64,000 nt of DNA. Origin: the human T2T-CHM13v2.0 reference genome, Homo sapiens. This document shows, in pieces, positions 1 through 12,539 of this stretch (position 1 is the stretch's first letter; each line of letters opens with the position of its first letter). Where the stretch lies: assembly GCF_009914755.1 (NCBI RefSeq), contig NC_060932.1; one strand, written 5' to 3'. The notes under the pieces were generated by a model. The model searched no databases and had not been told where the DNA came from. It was given only the letters and a program-made list of their open reading frames with translations. The position numbers were made by a program, and so were the translations under genes.

Positions 1-69
1 AAGGAATATACTCCCATCAAGGAAGTGCTTTGGGGCCCTCAGTGAAGCCTACTTAAGGTACACACTTGG

Positions 70-230
70 GATTTTGGAACTAGATGATGAGACCCAGAGA
101 TCATCTGGTATAACCTTATTATAGGACAGAGAAGGAAACTGAGCTCAGGAAAGCTAAGCAACTTGCCCAAGACCACACAGGAAAAGCAAGGTCTTCTAAC
201 TCATGTTGCGGTGCTCTCCCAGGGCGCCAC
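70..230 (-). mobile_element. MIR SINE fragment
   Basis: MIR core ggaaactgagctcagg...aacttgcccaagaccacacag. Confidence 0.75.
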
Positions 231-289
231 CCACCACACATTAGAGTTACTCGGGTCCTCACACCTGAAGCTGACAACGAGCAGAAAAA

Positions 290-640
290 TCCTCTCTCTT
301 TTGCTTATCGGAATCCCATTACCCATAGTTGCTGGGAAAAGGGGGCATTAAATAGTTCCCCAGAAAGCACAAGCGAGGACTTGGGGGGAAGAGGGAGTGT
401 GTGTCAGCCCTGATAATTGAATCTCGGTGCAAAGAGACAGCCGGATGCACTGCAATTGAGTTAAGTGGAAAATGGCATTTTCGTATTGTTAGGAGCCTTC
501 TCAGCCCAAGGCCCTGATCATTTACTCCGAGCACCTGGTGGTCTTGCAGCTCTGACCCCAGCGCCCAGCTGAGCCACGGGCCAGCTGGGATCAGCTGTGT
601 GGGGCAGGGAAAGAAATTAATTTTCAATCCCTGGGGACTG
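290..640. promoter_or_regulatory. Candidate conserved non-coding element (intronic)
   Basis: Repeat-free with retained CpGs and GATAATTG, CAATTG and AATTAATT motifs; conservation not computed. Confidence 0.35.
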
Positions 641-1129
641 CAGTTGGTAGCTCAGCAGCCAAGGATTACACAGACCCGGAGAGAATAGGGCACCATCCCT
701 CTGGGGGAGTTATTGAACTCCCAAGTGCTGGTGGGGAGGTGGCAAAGGAAAGAGGGAGAGGGGTTGGAACAGTTTTTATTGGGAATCCCATCACTGAGAT
801 TTAATGGACATTCTGTTGCTGGAGATTTGGTCTCTTGCCGATTTCTCTTCCCAATATTTAATTTCAAACTCCTGCCCTCCACCTCCAAAGCGTCAGCCCC
901 TAGAGTACAGAAGAACTGAGTTTCTTGTTCTTCTTTTTTTCCCTATCTGTTGTAGTGAGGCAAGAAGTTGCTTTGGCAGAGCGACCATGCTCTGATTACA
1001 CGAACACATTTGCAGATTCCGGCACCCTCCCATCTTCAACGACCATCCCAAGAGCACAAACCTCCTGATTTCTTTCCCAAACCCATGTAAAAAGGAGCAA
1101 GCCTGGGTCTCCTTTCCCTCCGAGCCCAC

Positions 1130-1298
1130 CTTTTCTAGTCGTTGGTAAATGAACAGCAGCGAGAAACACACCACAAGAGCGTCCAACCAGAAAGAGCCTA
1201 GAAAAAATCTGTTTCCCAACACAAACTTGGTTCCAACGGAGTCTTTTGTGAGTGTGAAGAAAATATGAATTATAGTTCCTGGCCGTGCAAAGTCCTCA
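1130..1298 (-). other. 169-nt internal exon (exon C), AUG-free
   Basis: Strong acceptor with a ~30-nt pyrimidine tract (...ttctttttag|TGAGGAC at 1299/1298) and donor GAAAAG|GTGGGC at 1130/1129. Flanks are repeat-free. Confidence 0.7.
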
Positions 1299-3239
1299 CT
1301 AAAAAGAAAAAAAAAATAAGAAAGAAAGAAAATGCTACATCTGTTTCCATTTCAGTTGCTCACATGTTTAAATACATCGATGAGGCATCCGTCTAAATTT
1401 ACCAGGTCCTGAGCAATTAACAATTAAAAAAAAAAGACTAAAAGATGATGGCAACGTTTGAAAAAATGCAAAATGCTAAGATGCGTGTGTTCATGTGTTC
1501 ATTTCTATCACACTGCATTCCTTTGCAATCCTGGCACTCCAGGAAAACTGGAGCAAGGCCTCTAAAAAGGAACAGGGCATCATTAGCGCAGCCAGATCCC
1601 TATCTTAGCCTGCAGCAATTACCATGCTTCCAAGCGAGCTGCGAAGCGCTTTCATTACTGGGGGACTGAGGGGTCACTCACCTCCAGCCCCCATCTTGGG
1701 CTAAAACAAGCATTTTCCGAACTAAGCATTCCAGTTTCATTTCAATCTGTAATTGCTTTGATTTCGGTATGCGTAGAACACGGAGGCTTCATGACCAAGA
1801 ATTTTATTAGTCAATAAGTTTGCTACTGTTATGAATCATTAGCCCTCATTTTACTCCTTTCCCACACTGGCCTGAACCAGTGTGACAGATTTCTTTTGTC
1901 CTCCTGTGGGGACCAGTGAAAACACCCTGCAAGACCACCTGTTCCAGGGATAATTGGTTTCTCCAGGTCACAGAGGTGGGATAAAATCAGTGGATGTAAA
2001 CCTGGAGCATTATTTCTGCTTTCATACTAAAGGAAGTCAATGCCGGGCACTGGAGTTTACTGCAAAGTTCTTACATTTATTTAAAGTTTTAAAATTTTCA
2101 AGCTGCTTAATATCTATTAGCTCAAAGCCCTGTGAAGTAAGTAGGAAGGTACCCTTCTTTTCAGAGAGAGGGTCAAAAAGCTGCTGATCAGAGTTAGGTA
2201 GGAATAGAGGGAACCAGGGCTTCCTGCCTCAGTCCTGACCTTCTTTCAATTCTACAACTTGCCTCACTGCAAATTCCCTTCACAGGAGGAAATCCAGAAG
2301 GTGAGCCATTAGGGATACAGAGCTCAAATCCTGGACTCTACTATTGCCTCCTGGAAGTCCAGCACTCCCTCTTTGGGCCTAATAAATGACAGCCTGAGTC
2401 CATGGATGGTTCTGACCAGGAACTTGTCCGGACGAAGGCAAAGAAACGCTTCCTCCAGGCCTTAGGAGGAGTTGGGATCTGCAGATGAACAGATCACAGG
2501 AGATGCATCTTGGTTGGGACAACAATTATGCCAACTGCTTATTGTTTTTGATAAACTGGCCACAGATCCTAGTTAGCAAGAACAACAAACCTCACCAACG
2601 CCAGAATCCAGAGACCATGAGACCAAAAAAAGAAATTCATATAAGAGAAAAAAATGATCCATCCAATATAATCAGTGCCTGCAATGCTGCACACAGATAG
2701 GTGGTCTCACAGCCTCACTACTTAAGAATCCCAATGCATGACTCCAGGTGCTAGAGGACTGGATATGGCCCTACCCTTCAGGAATCGACTGAGTTACAAA
2801 GTGGCTTTGAGATTGGCAGCAGCCTCTAGGTAAGTGAGGAGCTTTGCTGGTGTTCATTTTAACTCTAATTTCCATAGGAGATGAAACCTGACTGGTGACT
2901 TCCTTTGTATTTCCCTACATCTCCCAGGACAAATCTTTTTGCAGAGGGCTCACCAAAATATGTATATTCACTACATATCTGCTTCTGGGACACTATCAGG
3001 TCTGGCACCCACTCCTCCTACACAACATGCATACACAATAGTATTATAGGGGGAATGATAAAAATAAGTAGTCTTGCCGTAGGGACCAGTCTCAGGAACG
3101 TGCCTGGTGGAAATGAATGTAATAGTGCCTTGATAAGAGCCAGGAATACAAACCACCTCCACGACTGCCAGTAAAGGACAGAGAGATAAGCAGGGGCTGG
3201 GGCAATGAGGGAGCAAAGGAGTTAATGTCTTTTCTCCCC

Positions 3240-3460
3240 GTCTTCACTTAGGGAATTTGAATTCTTGATCAAGCGATTTGTCAGGATTGTTGTGTATTTA
3301 CTGTAATTACAGAACATCAAATGTGCATTGACGTAATTACCATAAATATGTGTAAAGACATTATAACGTGTAATTATGTCATATAATTCTTTAATAAAGC
3401 ATGCAGAAGAAAAATTACTCTGCACATGCTCAATGCATATCTTCTCCTGACTCTTTCTAC
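3240..3460. promoter_or_regulatory. Candidate conserved non-coding element with a homeodomain-site cluster
   Basis: AT-rich unique block with TAATTA at 3304, 3334 and 3371, plus CCATAAA and TGACGTAA. Confidence 0.55.
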
Positions 3461-3555
3461 TGAAGGTTTTATTTGCTCCCTCCCCCTCCCTCTTTTCAAA
3501 TTCCAGAGACAGTTTCTCCCATTTAGGATTAACTAGCAGAAGGGTGAGATTAGAA

Positions 3556-3623
3556 TGTGTGTGTGTGTGTGTGTGTGTGTGCGCATGCAAGCTTGTCCAA
3601 ATGAGTGTGTATGTGTGAGTATG

Positions 3624-3660
<37 letters not shown>
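3556..3660. repeat. (TG)13 and (CA)16 microsatellites in inverted arrangement
   Basis: (TG)n 3556-3581; (CA)n 3628-3660. Confidence 0.95.
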
Positions 3661-3664
<4 letters not shown>

Positions 3665-4373
3665 CCCAGGAAAGAAAGGCGTTTTTTAAACCCTGGAAGA
3701 CGTACCATGGTCCAGGTGTGAACAGCATACCAGTCTTACAGTCAGTGTTCCCATGGCTGACACAGAAGAATTCTGTGATCCAAGATCAACTCCTCCTCTC
3801 TCTCTGCGCTTCTCCCACCTGTAATTGCCTGGGTGACCTGTGCCCTGCATGGGGTGAATGTGTCGGTGCACGGGTCACACCGTGTAGTGACACTGAGAGC
3901 TCCTGGGAGAGGGATGCTTGGGAAGATGTTGACATTACTGTGAATGCAGGGAACTTTTGTAAAGATCTGAACAAAAAGTAAAATCCCCCAGATGAGATCT
4001 CTAGGGGTGTTCAAGTGGAGCCCAGATTGTCACCAAGACTAGAACACATTTAAAGTCCTTCCCCAGCCCTCAGAGAGTCTATTAGATGTGGGGTCTGTGT
4101 CATGATCTGTATTTTCACATCCCTTCCTCTGGCCCTGCAGGCCTTTTGGAGGCTGTGCACCCCTGAGGTTAAGTCTTCTGCAGAGAAAATTGCTGGAAGT
4201 ATTATGTCCCTGGAACTCAGCGTTAAATCAAATGAGAAAGAATGTCCTTATGCGTGGGGAAGACCTTCCCAATGATGATATCAAAATCAAAATTATAAAG
4301 GAAAAAGACTTATTAGACTATGCAAAAAGGTACAATTTCTCTACATAAAAATACCACAAATATAGTAAAAAGC

Positions 4374-4681
4374 AGCCAGGCATGATAGCTCACGCCTGTA
4401 ATCCCAGCACTTTAGGAGGCCAAAGCGGAAGAATTGCATGGGCCTAGCAATTTGAAACCAGCCTAGACATCAAAGTGAGACCCCATTTTTACAAAAAAAT
4501 TTTAAAAATAGCCAGGTATGGTGGTGCACGCCTGTATTGCCAGTTACTTAGGAGGCTGAGGCAGGAGGAGGATGGTTGAGCCTAGGAGGCTGAGGCTGAG
4601 GCTGCAGTGAACCATATTTGCATCACTGCACTCCAGCCTGGGCGAGGGTGAGACCCTGTCTCAAAAAAAAAAAAAAAAAAA
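4374..4681 (+). mobile_element. AluJ
   Basis: Full dimer with poly(A); TSD atata(g/a)taaaaagca. Confidence 0.95.
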
Positions 4682-5048
4682 GGAAACCTAATATAATAAA
4701 AAGCAAACAAAAGACCAAGAAGATATTTGTAACATATATGATGAAGGGGATAATATACCTAATGTACTAAAAAGTCTGACCAATCAGTAAGAAAAAAGTC
4801 TAAATAGAAAAAATGGGCAACAATGGAGAGAAAAATCACAAAATAAATACACATTGCCAAAAAGCACATGAAAAAATAACCAGCCTAATTTATAATCAAT
4901 TAGGGTACTATTTTTTACTTGTCAAATTGGTAATTATTTTAACAAATTCTAAAATACAGTGTTGATGAAATGTTGACAGTATGATAATAGAAATTGGGTT
5001 AACTTTCTTGGGGCAAATTTGGCAATGAATATCAAAAACCTTGAAAAG

Positions 5049-5365
5049 GGCTGAGAGAGGTGGCTCACACCAGTAATCCCAGCACTTTGGGAGGCCGAGG
5101 CAGGCGGATTACTTGAGGCCAGGAGCTCGAGACGGGCCAGGCCAACATGGCGAAACCCCGTCTCTACTAAAAACACAAAAAGTAGCCAGGCGTAGTGGTG
5201 CATGCCTATAATCTCAGCTGCTGGGGAGGATGAGGCATGAGAATTGCTTAAGCCCAGAAGAAGAGGTTTCTGTGAACCGAGATTGCCCCATTGCACTCTA
5301 GCCTGGGCAATAGAGGGAAACTGTCTCTAAATAAATAAATAAATAAATAAATATATAGAAAAATA
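5049..5365 (+). mobile_element. Alu (S-type) with (TAAA)n tail
   Basis: Full dimer; TSD aaaaaccttgaaaagg. Confidence 0.95.
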
Positions 5366-5853
5366 AAAAACCTTGAAAAGGTGCATACCCTTTGATCTAT
5401 TAGTTCCTCTTCTAGGATCTTACCCCCAGAAATTAAAAATAAAGTCAAAGATTTAGGCCTCAGTTTTCCTGACACCAAATTATTTATAATAGTGAAAGAA
5501 AAACTTCCCCAGAAACAACTCAATGTCCAACAAAGGGGAACTGATTAAATGAAGGAAGATAGAGTCTGAACTCCACAGAACACAATTCAGCCATTAAAAA
5601 TGATAGGTGAGTGTTTGATGACATGAACTGATGCACTATGATGTTAAAAAAAAGCACAAAATTATAAGCCAGTCTGTGAAGTAAGATACAATTGGTAAGT
5701 ATAAAAATGTAGAGGAATTTATACCAAGATATTAATACTGGCTTATCTTTTAGTGTGGGAGTAGGGACATTTAATTTTTTTCCCTTTCTTTAAAAAAAAA
5801 TCTGGGTAGTCCAAATTTTTATAGTGGACATTTCCTACTTTAAAAAATGAAAC

Positions 5854-5856
<3 letters not shown>

Positions 5857-5887
<31 letters not shown>
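5857..5887. repeat. (CA)n microsatellite
   Basis: Directly visible. Confidence 0.95.
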
Positions 5888-5889
<2 letters not shown>

Positions 5890-6543
5890 ACTCACTCACA
5901 CATTTTGGTTTAATATCCTGAGGCAGTTTACAGAGAAAGCATCTATACCATACGGGGCTCCATCACCTACCAATGCTATACCCTTCTCTCAGCCTCTTGC
6001 TCCCCATCACCCATTCCAGAAAACACTTGTGGCCAGAGCCAAGTTCTTGAAGGACCGCCAGGAGTGGAAGACTCAGTGCACAGTATATTCTGGCTTTTAA
6101 GCAGTGAGTGAGATTCACAGCAAGCAAACAGCAGAACTGGAATTGGAAGCTAAGATGACAGCAGGCCAGAAGCTGGCCTGGTTGGTAGGGTCCTTGAACC
6201 CAGGACTGATGTAACGAGTCTTTCATCTGAAGTCACAGGAGAACCTGAAGTTGGGGGAGCAAAGAGAGTTGATTCTGGTGGGATGCAGAGTCCAGGACCA
6301 AAGAGGGAGGTGGAAGTGGGTTACTAAATGGAAAAGCCAGAAGCCAGCATCGAATACTGAAGCATTCCTCATAAGCTTTTCTCTCTATCTATCTGACTTT
6401 GTATATGACATGGTTAAGGCAGCATACCAAGTCAGGGAGCAGTGAGCCATGGAGAAGAACAGGGGGCAAGGGATGGGGAGCAAGAGGAGAGCTGTCCATG
6501 AGAACTACCTGCAATAGTAGGAATTGTCCGTCACCTGACTTAC

Positions 6544-6779
6544 ATGCCCCTGGTGCATGGTGTGTTGGGCGATGCTTCACGGACCGTCCATGGGGCAAAC
6601 TCTTAGTTGTTAACCCAACCATCTCCTCCACCACTTTTCAGAGCGTGGGGACCATGGGGTAGAATTCTTCTAGGTGACAAGGGCTGAGACATTTTGTTCT
6701 TGCTGCTATTATAACTAAGGCGGGGTCCTCTCCATGTCCCAGTGAGAAGGGATAGCTTCAGCAGCACCCACAGACCCAG
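6544..6779 (-). other. Candidate 236-nt cassette 5' UTR exon (exon B) with six upstream AUGs
   Basis: Consensus donor GGGGCAT|GTAAGT (6543-6538). Best acceptor ctatccctctttgactag|CTGGG (6780/6779); alternative acceptor at 6670/6669. Confidence 0.42.
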
Positions 6780-7280
6780 CTAGTCAAAGAGGGATAGTGT
6801 GGGTGTTGAAATGGTGAAAGGAATCGTTCAGCTTCCTGCATTTCTTCTTAAGTTCCTTTCTCAGATGTTGGGCAGCAAAATAGTGACGGCATCTGAGGAG
6901 TGTAGCTGTTTTTAGCAACGTGGCTTAAGAAAGGAGTTAACATGGCCTTAATGAATAACCACAGGTTAACCCTTATCATCAATCTCAGAATGAGAATTTC
7001 CTTCTTCTCTTTTCATTTTGGTAAATGCAGAGATAAGGAGCATACAGAATATATCCTCACTGTCAAATGCTTGGCCCCAGCATCCTGGGAAAATGCAGAG
7101 TATTAAGTATCTCATCCTGTTACTCAGATTTCAAAGTATGGCATTCTCTCTATCCCATTCATTTTCTCAATATTCTTAGAAAGCAAGAAAGGGATAATTA
7201 GACTCATCTTAGAGATGAAAAAACTGAGACTTTGAGATGACAACTGAAGCCTAAAACTCTCATGTTAGATAAATAACAGA

Positions 7281-7612
<332 letters not shown>

Positions 7613-8488
7613 TCATCTGGTTTGGACTCCATTTAGAAGTCAGCATGGCACGGGTGTCCCCATAATACCCAAACACTTCAAAAAACCCAACATGCGGAAT
7701 TCCAAGATGTCATAGACCAGCTCATTTCTACTTTCAATAAGTAAACCTTTGTCTTAGGCTGAGAGAAGCCCAGCCTATAAAGCAAACTACGGCAGCACCT
7801 ATCTACCAGGGAGCACTATCACATGGCCATCAGACTCCCCCCGTGGAGCCTGCACCCCAGGAGAAAGTCAAAGATGGAAAATCCAAGTGGCTTCTGAGGC
7901 AGAGCCAGTAATTCGCCGAGTGTTGAGCTTGCAGCACTGAGGTTGCTTACAACTATTCAATTGGAAAAAAGTCAGACTCATCAGGCTGGAATCTCATTAG
8001 TTTCCCTTAGTGAGCTGGAGCTTGAATAATCCAGGGGGATCAGTCCAAAACAAAGCCAGCAGAGGAAGCAGCCAGAAGTGTCCAGGTGCAGTGGGCCGTC
8101 TCTGGCCCAGGTGAGATGAGCCTCGGGACCTATTTAGAAGAAGAGGTTGGGTTGGGATAGAACTGAGATAGCAGCTTGGCATACTGGCCCACAGAGTACC
8201 TGTGACGGCTGTCTAGTAGCCAAGATTGAGAATATTAGAAGACCCACTTCAGCAATGTATGAAATCAAAGCCCACATTTTAAACTCCACACTCCCTGACA
8301 CGGCATTTGAGGCCCATCTGGTCTCCATCTTGCCTCATCTCCTATTATGTCCCTCCTCGTACTTTAACTTTGGGCCCTATCAGTCCAGCATCCTTTCCTT
8401 GCATACAACCTACACTCTTATGCCTCTCTATCTTGCCTTACATCTTTGTTTTTGTAGATCCCTTCCCAATCTTTTTAAAAAATATTGT

Positions 8489-8762
8489 CTTTGGGAGGCT
8501 GAGGCAGGAGGATCACTTGAGCCCAGGAGATGTCTGTCCCTGGGCAACATAGGGAGACCCCATCCCTACAAAAAATTTAAAAATTAGCTGGGTATGATGG
8601 TGCACGCCTAAAGTCTCAGCTACTCTGGAGGCTGAGGTGAGAGGACCTCTTGAGCCCAGCAGTCAAGGCTGCAAATGAGCTATGATCATGTCACTGCACT
8701 CTAGCCTGGGTGACAGAGTGAGACTCCGTCTCAAAAAAAAAAAAAAGAAAAAGAAAAAAAAT
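8489..8762 (+). mobile_element. 5'-truncated AluJ
   Basis: Starts at ctttgggaggctgagg; poly(A) tail. Confidence 0.92.
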
Positions 8763-8862
8763 TATATATACACATATATATGTATATATATATATACACA
8801 TATATATGTATATATATACACATATATGTATATATATATACACATATATGTATATATATATA
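8763..8862. repeat. Compound (TA)n/TATACACATATATG microsatellite
   Basis: ~100 bp alternating purine-pyrimidine tract. Confidence 0.95.
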
Positions 8863-8864
8863 TG

Positions 8865-9265
8865 GTGCCAGAATACACATATCATGCAATTTGCCATCCT
8901 AACCATTTTTCAGTGTCCAATTCGGTAGTCTTAAGGACATTCACGTTGATATGCAACTGATCTCCAGAATGCTTTTCATTTTGCAAAACTGAAACTCTTT
9001 ACTCATTAAACGACTCCCTCTTCCCTCTCCCCCCAGCTCCTGGCAACAACCATTCTGCTTTCTCTCTATGAATTTGACTCCTCTAGGTATCCTGCCTAAG
9101 TGGAATGGTACAGTACCTGTCTTTTTGTGACTGGCTTATTTCACTTAGCATAATGTCCTCAAGTTCCATCCATGTAGTAGCATGGGCCAGAATTTCCTTC
9201 CTCTTTAAGGCTGAATAATCTTCTACTGTGTGGATATACCACGTTGTGTTTATGCATTCCCATCT
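8865..9265 (-). mobile_element. L1MB-like 3' end
   Basis: ORF 9083-9280 (WYIHTVEDYSALKRKEILAHATTWMELEDIMLSEISQSQKD) matches the L1 ORF2p C-terminus. Confidence 0.9.
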
Positions 9266-9569
9266 TTTTTGCCCTCTCAAAATCTGACTCTATCTTCAAA
9301 GCTTAAAACCCAGGATACGTACTCCGTGGAGCTTTCCTCAAGACCCTCCGTTACAAGCTAGTCATGTACAAAGATCTTTTGAGCATCTGTTCCATGCTAG
9401 GCAACAGGGACACAAGGATGAGTAGCCACAGTCTCTCCTGCACGGTCCATCCAAGCCCAGCTTACTGAGCACACTGCAGGTGACTCGGTGACAGCCCTGA
9501 CTGTCCATGTTCATGACACACTGTGCTGCCACGAGGTCTACTTAATGGTTTCTGTATTAGTCATCTCAT

Positions 9570-9680
9570 TTGTAAGCTCTTGAGGACCCGGGCCACATCT
9601 GATCTCAGTATCCCCAGTGCCCAGCACAGTATATTCAACATAGAAAATGCTCAATAAATATTTGTTAAAATAGAATTAAA
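9570..9680 (+). mobile_element. L2 3' end
   Basis: gtaagctcttgagg...atccccagtgcccagcacag...ctcaataaatatttgtt. Confidence 0.75.
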
Positions 9681-9916
9681 TTTGCATTCCTTGGAACGTA
9701 GAGCTTCTTGACTTCTAAGTGACTGGCCAGTTGACACAATAAGCTGGAAGTCAGTGCCCACTTATTGCCAGAGCTGTTACTTGGTTTTTGTCCAGGGCCT
9801 CAGGTTTTGATTCCAAGCCTTCACCAGTGGAGTGGGGAATTTTATAAAAGAATTTCACTTTAGCCTACTGAAGTCAGCAGAGGGAGAAGTGGAGGTTCAA
9901 TTTGCCCTATTACAGC

Positions 9917-10190
9917 TAATAATAATAGCTCAGACGTTTTGTGCTCTTTCCATGTACCAGACTTCCCAAGTGCTTTCCATAGACTAATTGAATCCTCACA
10001 ACAAGCCTAAGAGATAGGTTTTTAGCTAGGATAAATAAATATCGACTACTATCCCCATTTCGCAAATGATACAACTGAGGCCCAGAGAGGCTACACACCT
10101 TACCCGCTGAATACAGAGGAAATTAAGTCATACGGCCAGAATGCAAATGCAGGCGGGCAAACTCCCAATCCTATGCTATTCTCCTGGACT
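9917..10190 (-). mobile_element. MIR
   Basis: aatcctcacaac...ccccatttcgcaaatgatacaactgaggcccagagagg. Confidence 0.8.
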
Positions 10191-10774
10191 TTCTGTGGCA
10201 AGATTTGACAGAGATTACATTGAGCAGAACTCACTGGAGAATCTCTTTAAAACATTAAAAGGGGGCCTGACCAGGGCTCTCTGATGTCAGGGATCTATTT
10301 TCTGTTTTGGCTCTCGTTCTGAGTCTTGCAGCCCATCTGGATTCTGAATTTCCTTAGGTCCAAAGGATGTCAACTTGATTAAAGAGAAATATCAAGAACT
10401 AAGAACTTCTCTTGACAGAGAGGTATGGGGTAGGGGTGGTGGACAGGAGAAAATGAAAAGAAACAGAAAATGGGTTCAGTTGCCACTTATAATAACCTAG
10501 TCTCAATCTTGCGCTTTAGTGATAAGATCTTAGGAGCAATTTGTGAGGAGAGTTTGAGTGGCATACTGGTTGGATCGGGAGCACGAAGTCATTCTCTCTG
10601 TCCCCGCTAAGTCTGAACCCTGAATTAATTTCTCCTGCATGTTTAGCTAGCACCAAGCGAGTGATGCCAACACAAAAGCGGCCGCTTGATCAGGAGTATT
10701 GATGGGGAGAAGAGAAAGAAAAGATCAAAAGCACTCCGGCTGAACTGAAGGTATGGGGTGACAACAGATCCCAG

Positions 10775-10940
10775 AGAAAGCTGGCAGCATTGTTCAGGAG
10801 GCCACAGGAGTCGGGGGCCTGGGATCCATCCTCAATCTTCCCCTAACCACACAAGTAACTCAATCTCTGGATCTCAGAAAAATTCAAGCTGGAATTAGTA
10901 CCCCCATGATGTCTTCCAGCTATAACATTCTATGATTCCA
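10775..10940 (+). mobile_element. MIR3-like fragment
   Basis: MIR3 3' end cttccagctataacattctatgattc. Confidence 0.6.
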
Positions 10941-11207
10941 TAGCCTAGCCAATTACCTACAGGAGTATCTCGTCTGCATAAAAAATGGAACTGTTCTCCT
11001 AAGTATGTTTTCCTGCCCCAGAAGAGTGATTCAGCGATTAATGTCAGGGTCCCTGATTTCCTCCCTAAGTATCTAAGACTTAAGGGAAGGGACCAAGGGA
11101 AGACTTCACAGGATCCGAAAACAGCAACTTGTGTAGATCAGCCAGGAGAGGAGCTGGGAGTACAGTCATAACAAGGATAGGATAGAGGGCTCTGGCAGTA
11201 TTCAGAG

Positions 11208-11710
<503 letters not shown>

Positions 11711-12539
11711 TAACCTCTTCTTTTATTGTCACGACAGACTGGGATTTAATACTGGAAAGTTGACCCTGGATGCTGTTGGCAGTGAAAGGCGGCTGTGGAA
11801 ATGTCCAGGCACAATAATAACAGCATGGAGAATGAGATGCAGAAAGGCCCCACATTCCTGCTGCCCCAGTAGACAAAGCTGCTGAATGCAGGGGAGTCCC
11901 TCATGCTCCCTTCCTCTCTGTGTGTCCTAAGGGCCATTATCCAAGCCCATCTTCTGCACAGCTGGCTCCAATTGGAACACAATTCAGGTGTTCAAAAAAT
12001 GACACTATAATTTTTTGGTTGGAAAGCAGAGGCTGAAACTGGTAAGGAGGCTTCCTACAGCTTCTGAAACCTCAGTCATAGATAGTTGGCAGCGTTTTCT
12101 GATTTATGGTGAAGGGCGTGGAGGGAGGGTTAGCTTCTGGCTGAAGTGTGCATGGGGCTTTTGATGAGGATGAACAGTGGTTAGGGTCCTGCCTCCCTGC
12201 ATCCTTCTATCTCTATACGCCTCAGATACCAGGAGAGTATTCCCCACCCCTTCTCACTGCTCTGATCTGTTCAACGCACATTCATTCATAAGCTCAGACA
12301 GGCGCTGTGTGCGTCGTTGCTAGTTGCCATAGCAGAGACAGAGGGTGGGTCTTTGCCCTCCAGGAGTACCAAGTGTCCAGCACATAAGAAAAAAGAGTTC
12401 CATCTGAGCGATGATACCTGGCTGAAGGACTAGGGAGATGTTAGGCCTGCCTAACAGCATGCTACAGGAGAAAAGAAGGATGTGTCACTCTGGATCTCCA
12501 GTTAAGGAACTGTCAAATGTTTCTCAAATGCACGCTGTC

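Larger units (their letters stand above)
4230..5850 (+). mobile_element. Old L1 (L1ME-like) 3' fragment interrupted by two Alus
   Basis: A-rich decayed L1 ORF2/3' UTR motifs (aaatgggcaa, gggcaaatttggcaatg, cagccattaaaaatgat). Confidence 0.7.

Noticed and set aside
3222-3728. 168-aa minus-strand ORF
   Set aside because: Contains CVCV/HTHT runs translated from microsatellites; no exon signals or recognisable homology.
6544-6558. MHQGH as the start of the main CDS
   Set aside because: Splicing to exon C puts TGA immediately in frame, and I recall no protein starting this way. It remains possible only if B splices to an exon outside the window.
6780-6840. Alternative acceptor aagaagaaatgcag|GAAGC near 6836
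   Set aside because: Purine-rich upstream with no pyrimidine tract; weaker than the 6780 site.
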